This document shows positions 41,595 to 50,835 of a stretch of 64,000 bases of DNA, one piece after another. The translations under genes were made by a program, and so were the position numbers. The stretch is from contig JAFGRB010000067.1 of NCBI GenBank assembly GCA_016935365.1, forward strand, positions 11,901 through 75,900, written 5' to 3'. A model generated the notes under the pieces. That model had not been told where the DNA came from. It saw only the letters and a program-made list of their open reading frames with translations, and ran no database searches. The DNA is from Deltaproteobacteria bacterium (lineage in GTDB: Bacteria > Myxococcota > B64-G9). The first letter of the stretch is position 1, and every line of letters begins with the position of its first letter.

Positions 41595-42026
41595 TTACTC
41601 GCTCACCGAAAAGACGTTCGTCAGCAGCAGCAGCGTCAAGGGGTGGAACGCCATGCCGTGCACCTTCAGCGCACCGCCCAGCAGATCCTTGACCATCTTC
41701 TGCCCGCTGGGGTCCAGCAGGTTGGGCAGGTAGCAGCGGACGGGCACGGTGGACAGGCCGAGGATGGCCTCGCTCTCGGCCTCGATGTGCAGATCGGGCT
41801 TGCCCACCAACCCATCGAGCACCACGCAGCTGCCGTGGTTGAAGTAGAGCGTCAGGCTCACCTCGGCATCCGTCGCGGTGATCGCCACCGCGGCCCTGAG
41901 CAGATTGAACGCCTTGACCTTCTCGGGCCGCTGCTCGAGGTTCTGGCGGATGAGATCGGCAAGCATGATCGCCAGGCCGTTCTCGCGGGCCGACTCGTCG
42001 AGGATGATGCTTGGTTCCACCGCCAT
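41595..42026 (-). CDS. SCP2 (sterol-carrier-protein-2-like) domain protein
   Basis: ATG (rc) at 42024-42026 follows GGAGG. 143 aa: 'LAIMLADLIRQNLEQRPEKVKAF...VAITATDAEVSLTLYFNHGSCVV...GALKVHG'. The SCP2-type fold call is from memory. The ORF-track start at 42512 is a shadow. Confidence 0.7.
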   Translation of the reverse strand: MAVEPSIILDESARENGLAIMLADLIRQNLEQRPEKVKAFNLLRAAVAITATDAEVSLTLYFNHGSCVVLDGLVGKPDLHIEAESEAILGLSTVPVRCYLPNLLDPSGQKMVKDLLGGALKVHGMAFHPLTLLLLTNVFSVSE

Positions 42027-42031
42027 CCTCC

Positions 42032-43213
42032 TCACAGGGCCTGCCGCAGCAGGCCGGCGATCTCGTCGGTATCGAAGACCGGCTTCGGGCTGTAGATGAT
42101 GGCCCCGTCGCTCACGGCCATCTCGGCCACCTTGGCCAGGCCGTCCTCGTCCACGCCGTGATCCGCGAGCCGCTCGTTCAGGCCGACCTGGGCGATGAAA
42201 TCCTGCATGCGATCGGCCGCGCTGAAGCCCGCCTCGCTCTCGCTCATGCCCGAAGTATCCACCCCCATGGCCCGGGCCACCATGGCGAAGCGCTCCGCGC
42301 ACACGTCGTTGAAGAAACGCATCGTGTAGGGCAGCAGGATGGCGTTCAGCGTGCCGTGGTGCGCGTGGTAGATCGCGCCCAGCGAGTGGGCCATTGCGTG
42401 GTTGAGGCTCACCATGGCGTTGGAGAACGCCGTGCCGGCCATGGAAGCCGCCATGAGCATCTGGCCCCGAGCGGTAAGATCCCCGGGCTCGCTCAGCGAG
42501 CGCGGCAGCCACTCGGTGGTGATCTCGATGGCCCGCAGGGCATAGGCGTCGGAGAACGGCTGCCTCAGCGAGGAGATGAGCGCCTCGACGGCGTGGCTCA
42601 TCGCGTCCATGCCCGTGGCTGCGGTCAGCTTGGGCGGCAAGCCGACCACCAGCTCCGGATCCAGCACCGCCACGTCGGGGTGCAGGAAGTAGGAGCCCAC
42701 GTAGGTCTTCTGCCCCCGCTCGGGATCGGTGATCACGGTCACCAGGGTCATCTCGGAGCCCGTCCCGGCCGTGGTGGGCACGGCGATGTGTGGCGTCACC
42801 CGCCGCTTGAGGTTGTGGTAGCCCTCGTGATCGAGCAGCTTGCCGCCCTCGGTGAGCACGACCGCCATGGCCTTGGCCGTATCGATGGCGCTTCCGCCCC
42901 CGAGCGAGATGAGCGCGTCCGCGCCCTTGCCGCGGGCGAAGTCGGCCCCTTCATCCACCGAGGGCGCGGTCGGGTCCGGCACCACACCCGCGAACACGCC
43001 CGCCAGGCGAGGCCCGAGCGCCTTTTCCAGGCGGGCGATCATGTCGGTCTTCTCCGCCAGGAAGGAGTCGGTCACGATCAGGGCCTTGCTGCAGCCCAGC
43101 AAGCCGAGCTGCTCGCCCGTCTCGGACACGGCGCCCGCACCGAAGACGATCCGCGGCGTGTGGGCGAAGGCGAAGCTCAGATCAGATCCATAGCCGCCGG
43201 TGCTCATGGTCAC
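42032..43213 (-). CDS. Iron-containing (class III) alcohol dehydrogenase
   Basis: 'ALIVTD', 'VVPDPT', 'ISLGGGSAIDTAKAMA', and a His-rich metal site 'MSHAVEA...LNHAMAHSLGAIYHAHHG'. Confidence 0.9.
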   Translation of the reverse strand: MTMSTGGYGSDLSFAFAHTPRIVFGAGAVSETGEQLGLLGCSKALIVTDSFLAEKTDMIARLEKALGPRLAGVFAGVVPDPTAPSVDEGADFARGKGADALISLGGGSAIDTAKAMAVVLTEGGKLLDHEGYHNLKRRVTPHIAVPTTAGTGSEMTLVTVITDPERGQKTYVGSYFLHPDVAVLDPELVVGLPPKLTAATGMDAMSHAVEALISSLRQPFSDAYALRAIEITTEWLPRSLSEPGDLTARGQMLMAASMAGTAFSNAMVSLNHAMAHSLGAIYHAHHGTLNAILLPYTMRFFNDVCAERFAMVARAMGVDTSGMSESEAGFSAADRMQDFIAQVGLNERLADHGVDEDGLAKVAEMAVSDGAIIYSPKPVFDTDEIAGLLRQAL

Positions 43214-43632
43214 TCATCCATAAAGCGGGTGTCGATCCGGGCTGCGTTGGAGACCAGGACCTGGGCGGCCTTGACGTGGCGGACGATGATGGGCAGGTTG
43301 CCCTTGAGCTTGAGCTTGCCCTGCATCATGCCCTTGATGGGATCGAGCTCCTTCTTGATGACCGCCTTCCACTGGGCGTAGGAGCCGGTGATGACGAAGG
43401 GCTGCTTCTGGGCTTCGTCCATCTCTGTGATGTAGGCATCGCGACACTCGCCCTTGTGTACATCGAGCACGAAGGCGACGTCCTGCTCCATGCCGATGGC
43501 CGGCTCGGCGCTGACCACGAAGGCCAGGGGACCGGCCTCCCAGGTCGCCCCGGCAGTCTTGTACTCGGGATCGTTGTTGATGGCCTCCTTGTAGGCCTTG
43601 GTCCACTCCTCGCTCGGGAAGTCGATGGGCAT
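43210..43632 (-). CDS. SCP2 domain protein
   Basis: 'EEWTKAYKEAINNDPEYKTAGATWEG...FVITGSYAQWKAVIKKELDPIKGMMQGKLKLKGNL' is the canonical SCP2 C-terminal pattern. Its stop overlaps the ADH start (ATGA). Confidence 0.85.
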   Translation of the reverse strand: MPIDFPSEEWTKAYKEAINNDPEYKTAGATWEAGPLAFVVSAEPAIGMEQDVAFVLDVHKGECRDAYITEMDEAQKQPFVITGSYAQWKAVIKKELDPIKGMMQGKLKLKGNLPIIVRHVKAAQVLVSNAARIDTRFMDE

Positions 43633-43765
43633 GGGTCCTCCTCGTCCTTGGATAGATTCGATTGCGAGCCATTGTGCCCAGCTTGGGCCAGCCTGTCAAT
43701 AGCAGTCCAGAGCTCTGGCCGGGGTGGTTGACTTGCTCCCCGGCAGTGAAGAACAATACCTGCCC

Positions 43766-45088
<1,323 letters not shown>

Positions 45089-45128
45089 GATTGCGCATTG
45101 CTTTCGGATCTGCTAGAACCGTCTCGGA

Positions 45129-45632
45129 ATGGACGAGCAGGATACAAGCGCTGAGGAGCTCATCTCGGGACGGCTCGCGGAGTGCGCCTTCGTTGAGAAG
45201 TCTCATCTTTTCAAGGGACTCCAGCGAAACGATCTCGATCACCTCTACCGCGTGGGGCGCCTGCGGCGATTCGAGGCAGGCGAGTTCATCCTGCACGAGG
45301 GCGACGAGGGAAGCGAGCTGTTCCTGATCGAGAGCGGCAAGGTCAAAGTCGTCACGCAAAGCGCATCGGGCGTCGTGGAGCTTTCGCAGCTCTCCCGGGG
45401 CGCCTTCTTCGGGGAAGTCGGCCTGCTGACCGGCAAGCCCCGCACCGCGACCGTCATGGCGATGAACGACGTGCTGACGATCTGCTTCCAGAAAGACGAC
45501 CTGGAGCCCATCCTGCTCAAGTATCCCAGGGTGCGAAAACTGATGCAGACCATGATGAACGCCCGGGCCAAGGCGGCCATCGAGAAGAAGAACCGGCCCG
45601 GGGAGCAAGGCCCGAGTCGTTCGGGAGGGTGA
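45129..45632 (+). CDS. Cyclic-nucleotide-binding domain protein
   Basis: 'HLFKGLQRNDLDHL...GEFILHEGDEGSELFLIESGKVKV...FFGEVGLLTGKPRTATVMA'. Confidence 0.88.
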   Translation: MDEQDTSAEELISGRLAECAFVEKSHLFKGLQRNDLDHLYRVGRLRRFEAGEFILHEGDEGSELFLIESGKVKVVTQSASGVVELSQLSRGAFFGEVGLLTGKPRTATVMAMNDVLTICFQKDDLEPILLKYPRVRKLMQTMMNARAKAAIEKKNRPGEQGPSRSGG

Positions 45633-45633
45633 G

Positions 45634-46629
45634 ATGAAGCCGCGTTTCCTTCTCCTGCTGGCCTTCAGCTTGCTCATGCTGCCCGGTCCCTGTGCGCGGG
45701 CCGACGGCTTCAAGCTGGGCGGACGCTGGTGGACGCCGCTCGGGGTGCTGCGGATCGAGCAGGCGGGCAATATCGTCACCGGCAAGATCTCCTGGAAGTG
45801 CAAGGTCTGCCCCTTCAAGCGGGGCACCGAGGTCCTCAAGGGCGTGCTGCTCGAGGACTCCCTGTCGGGGCGCATCCGATACTGCCTCAAGGGCAAGGGC
45901 TGCCAGGGCGACGACTGGGCGCCGATGGTGCTTCTCGTCGCCAGGGAGGGGCGCGTGCTGTCCGGCGCGGCCCACTTCAAGCCCAACGAGTGCAAGATCG
46001 GCGGCAAGGGAAAGAAAGACGGCATTGTTCTGCAGAAGCTCCGCCGCCGGAAACGCAAGGTCACGCCCAAGCCTCCCCAGGGCGCGCCCGATGGCGGCGC
46101 GCCGGATGCGCAGGCGCCGGCGCTGATCGTGGTGCCGGCCAACGAGTTGGTCGACGAGCAGGGCGAGCAGATGGAGACCGAGGTCGACACGCCCGATCCC
46201 AAGGCGTTCGAGAAGAACCTCGGCAGCTGGCAGAAGAACATGGAGGCCGGCGCCGGGTTCATGGAGAGCGGCTTCTTCGAGCGGGCTCGCCGCAAGTTCC
46301 GGCAGTCCATCGAGCTCGATCCGACCCGGCCCGAGGCCTTCAACGGCATCGGTGTGACCTACTACGCGCGCAACGACTACGAGGAGGCGCTGCGCTGGTA
46401 CAAGAAGGCCCTCGAGGTGAACGCCAACTTCGGCGACGCCTACTACAACATGGCCTGCATCTACTCGCTGCAGAAGAAGAAGGACCTGGCTTTTCGCTAC
46501 CTGCACATCGCCGCCCTGAACGGCTTCGTGCAGCCCAAGGTCCTGCAGCAGGACAGCGACCTGGAGAACCTGCGCTCCGACCCCCGCTACCGGAAGATCC
46601 TGGGCGAGATGCACAAGTCCGCCCGCTGA
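45634..46629 (+). CDS. Secreted TPR-repeat protein
   Basis: ATG lies 1 nt after the upstream stop. A signal peptide is present (MKPRFLLLLAFSLLMLPGPCARA). C-terminal TPR units include 'FERARRKFRQSIELDPTRPEAFNGIGVTYYARNDYEEALRWYKKALEVNANF'. Confidence 0.85.
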   Translation: MKPRFLLLLAFSLLMLPGPCARADGFKLGGRWWTPLGVLRIEQAGNIVTGKISWKCKVCPFKRGTEVLKGVLLEDSLSGRIRYCLKGKGCQGDDWAPMVLLVAREGRVLSGAAHFKPNECKIGGKGKKDGIVLQKLRRRKRKVTPKPPQGAPDGGAPDAQAPALIVVPANELVDEQGEQMETEVDTPDPKAFEKNLGSWQKNMEAGAGFMESGFFERARRKFRQSIELDPTRPEAFNGIGVTYYARNDYEEALRWYKKALEVNANFGDAYYNMACIYSLQKKKDLAFRYLHIAALNGFVQPKVLQQDSDLENLRSDPRYRKILGEMHKSAR

Positions 46630-46753
46630 GCCCGACCCCGGAACCTCCAAGCCGCCTTGGATGTCGGAGCCGGAGTACGCGGTCCGGCGAACGACGATGC
46701 TGGGCCTGCATCCGATCTGCGGGATCTCGCGATCTCGGAAAGCGAGGGCCATC

Positions 46754-48067
46754 ATGGCACCCCGATGCGATATCCGTCCGCTCTCGGTCAAGGTCTTCTG
46801 GGGCAGGGTGTGCCTCGACTCCAGGGTCTTTCCGCGCGGCTCGCCGGTGACCATCGGCGCGCAGCCCGGGGCCGGCATGCAGATCAGCACGGACCTCCTG
46901 CCGGATGAGCCCTTCGAGCTCGCGAGCCCGGGCGGCCCGGCGGGGCACGTCGTCCAGGCGCCGCCGGGATCGGATCTCTGGCTGCAGCGCGAGGGCGAGC
47001 AGGCGCGCCGGCCGGCGCAGCGCTCCTGCCTGCTCCAGACCGGAGATCGGGCCCGGGTCGAGCTGGGCTCGCTCCGCCTCGCCGTGGAGTACGTGGAGGA
47101 TCCGCGCGGCGTCTCCCCGGCCGGCCTCGCGGGGCGCGATCTGCAGATGGCCAGGTGGTGGGCGACCTTCTTCATCGTGGCTGCCGGTCTCTGGCTGATG
47201 ATCGAGGCCACGCCCCGGGCAGAGACGCAGGCCTCCGACTACTTGAACGATCCGGCTCGCTTCTCGAGGATGATCATGCCCGCTTCCCAACCGGAGAAGA
47301 CGGCCCGCTTCGAGGCGATCCGCGAGAGGCCCAGGCAAAGACCGGCTCTCGACGGCCAGGCCCGGTGGAAGAAGGTCAGCTCGCGGTCCAGGTCCAGACA
47401 GGACGGCATCCCGAGCGATGCCAGGCGCGCCCGCGATCGCAGGGCCGCCGTTCGCGCCGGCATCCTGGCGCTGCTCAAGGAGCGCGGCGGCGGCCCGGGC
47501 GGGCACGGCGGCTCGGTCCTGGGCGGCGCGGATCTGTCGGACCTGGACGCCGCGATCGAGGGCATCGCGCGCAGCAGCATGGGCCATGGAGACGGCTTCG
47601 GCGGCATGGAGATCCGCGGCGGGGGCATCACCGGCAGCCCCGGCCTGGATATCGACGGGTTCGGCCCCCGCTCGTACGAGCGCGGCTCGGAAGCCTGCAG
47701 CGGCTCTGTCCCGATCGCCCGCCGCGGCAAGTCCGATATCCAGGTGGACCAGCAGCGGAGCCGCATCGTGGGTGGCCTGAGCCAGCAGGTCGTGGGCAGG
47801 TACATCGAGCGGTACTGGGCCCAGTTCAAGTACTGCTACGAGCGCGAGCTCGCCAGGAGCCCCGACCTCTACGGCAAGATCACGACGACCTTCACCATCT
47901 CCGGAAGCGGCCGGGTCAGCGAGGCGCAGGTCCTCCAGAGCTCCATGCACAACGCCAACGTGGAGCAGTGCCTGCTGCGCGCCATCCGCCGGATCCGCTT
48001 CCCTCCCCCGAGGGGCGGCGGCCAGGTCATCGTCACCTATCCCTTCCTGCTCCGCACGGCGGGGTGA
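46754..48067 (+). CDS. AgmX/PglI-type C-terminal (TonB_C-like) domain protein
   Basis: The C-terminus 'VVGRYIERYWAQFKYCYERELARSPDLYGKITTTFTISGSGRVSEAQVLQSSMHNANVEQCLLRAIRRIRFPPPRGGGQVIVTYPFLL' matches the myxobacterial AgmX/PglI C-terminal pattern. A TM helix lies mid-protein. The start is uncertain (ATG 46754, or 46661 as in the track). Confidence 0.75.
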   Translation: MAPRCDIRPLSVKVFWGRVCLDSRVFPRGSPVTIGAQPGAGMQISTDLLPDEPFELASPGGPAGHVVQAPPGSDLWLQREGEQARRPAQRSCLLQTGDRARVELGSLRLAVEYVEDPRGVSPAGLAGRDLQMARWWATFFIVAAGLWLMIEATPRAETQASDYLNDPARFSRMIMPASQPEKTARFEAIRERPRQRPALDGQARWKKVSSRSRSRQDGIPSDARRARDRRAAVRAGILALLKERGGGPGGHGGSVLGGADLSDLDAAIEGIARSSMGHGDGFGGMEIRGGGITGSPGLDIDGFGPRSYERGSEACSGSVPIARRGKSDIQVDQQRSRIVGGLSQQVVGRYIERYWAQFKYCYERELARSPDLYGKITTTFTISGSGRVSEAQVLQSSMHNANVEQCLLRAIRRIRFPPPRGGGQVIVTYPFLLRTAG

Positions 48068-48078
48068 CAGGGCGGGAG

Positions 48079-49251
48079 CTACGCATACAGCAGGATCGGG
48101 CGGCGCTTCTCGGCGAAGGTCTCCACCTCGCGGCGCCAGCCGGCGGCCAGCTCGCGGGGCTCGCGCCCGGCGTCGAGCAGCTCTCGCAGCCGCGCCGAGC
48201 CGTACAGCCGGTCGATGGCCGGCGGGTCGCAGACGAACTCGTACGGCTCCGCTCTCCAGGCGAAATCCTCGGGCGACTGGAGCCGGGCGGCGTGCAGCAG
48301 CTGGACGCCGCAGGCGAAGGGCGTGAAGGTATCGCGGTCGCAGACGTGGACCTGGACGCCGTGACAGCTGCGGCCGGCGTGCTTGTGGAAGGTGGGCGTG
48401 AAGTCCGCTGGCCGGAAGCGCACCCCGGGTAGATCGCGGCGCGCGAGCTCGGTGGCCAGCGCGGGCCCGTCCAGCCACGGCGCGCCCACGAGCTCGAACG
48501 GCCGCGTCGTCCCCCGCCCCTCGGACAGCGTCGTGCCCTCGACCAGGCACGCGCCCGGGTAGACCAGGGCCGTGGCCGGGCTGGGCATGTTGGGCGACGG
48601 CAGCACCCAGCTCAGGCCGGTCTGCTCGAAGTGCATCCGGCGCTCCCAGCCCTCGGCGCGGGTCCAGGACAGCTCGACGTCCACGCCCTCCAGGCAGGCC
48701 AGGCGCGCGAGCTCCGCCAGGGTCAGCCCGTGCCGGACCGGCACCTCGAAGCCGCCCACGAAGGAGCGGAGATCCGCTTGAAGCAGCGGGCCCTCCATGT
48801 GCAGGCCGTCTATCGGATTGGGCCGGTCGAGCACGTGGACGGCCGCGCCTGCGCGCGCGCAGGCCTGCATGCAATAGCGCATGCTGACCGCATAGGTGTA
48901 GTACCGGCTGCCCACGTCCTGCAGGTCCACCACGAGCAGGTCGATCTCGTCCAGGGCCCCGGCGGTCGGGTGCAGGCTCGCGAGGTCGGCTCCGTAGAGG
49001 CTCACGCGAGACGGCCCTGCGCCGTCCGGCTCTCTCACGGCCTGCATGTCCTGGGCTGCGCCATCCAGCCCGTGCTCCGGGGTGAACACGACCCGCAGAT
49101 CGAGCGAGAAGCGCGACATGGCAGCCAGGATGGGCTCCAGCTCGCCGCTCACGGCCGCCGCGTGGGTGAGCACGCCCAGGCGACGACCCTTCCAGGCGGA
49201 AAAGCCCCGCTCGATCTGCACGTCGAGGCCGCAGCGCACCCCCGCACCCAT
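48079..49251 (-). CDS. DUF1343-family protein (NamZ-like exo-beta-N-acetylmuramidase family)
   Basis: ATG (rc) at 49249-49251. Motifs: 'RLGVLTHAAAVSGE', 'VVFTPEHGL', 'LLVVDLQDVGSRYYTY', 'VLDRPNPI', 'LPSPNMPS', 'EGTTLSEGRGTTRPFE'. Confidence 0.87.
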   Translation of the reverse strand: MGAGVRCGLDVQIERGFSAWKGRRLGVLTHAAAVSGELEPILAAMSRFSLDLRVVFTPEHGLDGAAQDMQAVREPDGAGPSRVSLYGADLASLHPTAGALDEIDLLVVDLQDVGSRYYTYAVSMRYCMQACARAGAAVHVLDRPNPIDGLHMEGPLLQADLRSFVGGFEVPVRHGLTLAELARLACLEGVDVELSWTRAEGWERRMHFEQTGLSWVLPSPNMPSPATALVYPGACLVEGTTLSEGRGTTRPFELVGAPWLDGPALATELARRDLPGVRFRPADFTPTFHKHAGRSCHGVQVHVCDRDTFTPFACGVQLLHAARLQSPEDFAWRAEPYEFVCDPPAIDRLYGSARLRELLDAGREPRELAAGWRREVETFAEKRRPILLYA

Positions 49252-49259
49252 CGCCGCGC

Positions 49260-50759
49260 TCACTTCTCTCCGGGGCGCAGCTTCAGCTCGAAGTCGTAGG
49301 TGGCGCCGAAGCCGGCGGGGAAACGCGAGCGCCTCAGGTTCCAGATGGCGCACAGGTCCAGCACGCTGTCGCCCACGGTGTTGCGCGCCATGGTCACATC
49401 GACCACCTGGCCGCTGTTGTCGACGCCGACTTTCAGCAAGAGATCGCCCTGAAGGGCCGGGTGTTCCTTGAGCCGCAGCTTGTAGACCTTGGCGATATGG
49501 GTCTGGTTGATCGCGAAGATCTTGTCGGGCGTCTTGGCCTCGATCGGATCGGGCAGGATGAAGAAGCGGGCATAGAGCTTCGCCAGGGCGGACTTCGCGC
49601 CGGCGTGATCGGGCTTCTGCTCCAGCACCGCCTGGTAGAACTCGATCGCCTTGGAGAACTCCTCGCCCTTCTCGTAGATCTCCGCCAGGCCGGCGAGCGC
49701 GTCCATGTTCTTGGGGTTGTCCTGCAGCAGGACCTGGTAGGACGGAAGCGCCCTCTCGATCTCGCCGCGCTGCAGGTAGATCGGCGCCAGAAAACCGTGG
49801 GCCTTCAGGTTCTCGCCGTCGGCCTGGACGATCCGCTCGTAGGCCTCGACCTGCAGATCGACGCTGTTCAGGGCTGCGCCCAGGTCGGCGAGCTCCTGCC
49901 AGCACTCCACCTTGCGGGGCTTGACCTCGCAGGCCTCCTTGTATGCGGGCACCGCCGCGTCGTGCTTGCCCAGCTTCTCGATCAGCTGGGCGCGCACGAT
50001 GCGCACCCGGTAGTCCTTTCTGTCGAGCGCAGCGGCCCGCCCGTAGGACGCGATCGCGGCCTCCATGTCGCCCAACGCCAGGAGGAGATCCGCGAGCTCC
50101 GCGTGGGGTGCGAAACGATCAGGCGCCTGCTCGATGACCTTGGCGTACTCCTTGCGCGCGGCCTGCTGCTCTCCGGTCTGCGCCAGAGCCCTGGCCAGAT
50201 CGAGCCGGAAGTCGACGTTCGTGAAGTCCTTCTCGATGGCCTGATTCAGCATGGCGACCGCCTTGGCCGGCTCGCCCTTGTGAAGCCACATGCGACCGAA
50301 ACGCGCGTAGCCCAGCGCGATCCCCTGGCCCAGCTGGATGGCCCGGCTGAAGTTCTGCTCGGCCTGATCGTAGACCTTCCACTCGTCGAGGATGATGGCC
50401 ATGCCGAGGTAGGCCCAGTAGAAGCGGTCGTTGAGCTTGGTGACCTTGGACAGCTCCTGCCAGGCCTGGTTGCGATCGTCGAGGCTGTAGGCCCAGAGGA
50501 AGCGCTTGAAGGGGTTCTTGGGCTCGGCCCGGAAGTCCTTTCCGTAGCTCGCCTGCAGCGCCTTTCGCGCCTGGCCGCTTGCGCTCTCTATCTCGAGCAT
50601 GGCTGCGGTCATGCCTTCGGTCGAGAAGGCGCCTGCCCGCCGGGTTCCGGAGGGCTTCGCCCCGGGGCGTGGCTCCGGGCCGGATTGAGGCGGGCAGGCC
50701 GTGCCTGCAGCCAGTGCGGCGGCCAGCACCGCGGTCATGAGCACCTTGCTCCGTTCCAT
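49260..50759 (-). CDS. Secreted/lipoprotein-like TPR-repeat protein with a TonB_C/AgmX-like C-terminal domain
   Basis: A signal peptide is present (MERSKVLMTAVLAAALAAGTAC). About 9 TPR units follow. The C-terminus reads 'LLLKVGVDNSGQVVDVTMARNTVGDSVLDLCAIWNLRRSRFPAG'. Confidence 0.85.
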   Translation of the reverse strand: MERSKVLMTAVLAAALAAGTACPPQSGPEPRPGAKPSGTRRAGAFSTEGMTAAMLEIESASGQARKALQASYGKDFRAEPKNPFKRFLWAYSLDDRNQAWQELSKVTKLNDRFYWAYLGMAIILDEWKVYDQAEQNFSRAIQLGQGIALGYARFGRMWLHKGEPAKAVAMLNQAIEKDFTNVDFRLDLARALAQTGEQQAARKEYAKVIEQAPDRFAPHAELADLLLALGDMEAAIASYGRAAALDRKDYRVRIVRAQLIEKLGKHDAAVPAYKEACEVKPRKVECWQELADLGAALNSVDLQVEAYERIVQADGENLKAHGFLAPIYLQRGEIERALPSYQVLLQDNPKNMDALAGLAEIYEKGEEFSKAIEFYQAVLEQKPDHAGAKSALAKLYARFFILPDPIEAKTPDKIFAINQTHIAKVYKLRLKEHPALQGDLLLKVGVDNSGQVVDVTMARNTVGDSVLDLCAIWNLRRSRFPAGFGATYDFELKLRPGEK

Positions 50760-50835
50760 CGCTCGCGCTCCGTCGTCATCAGGTGTAACAGCTCTCGCAA
50801 GGCCCGACCGGCCAATCCGGCCGTCCGCTCGAGGG

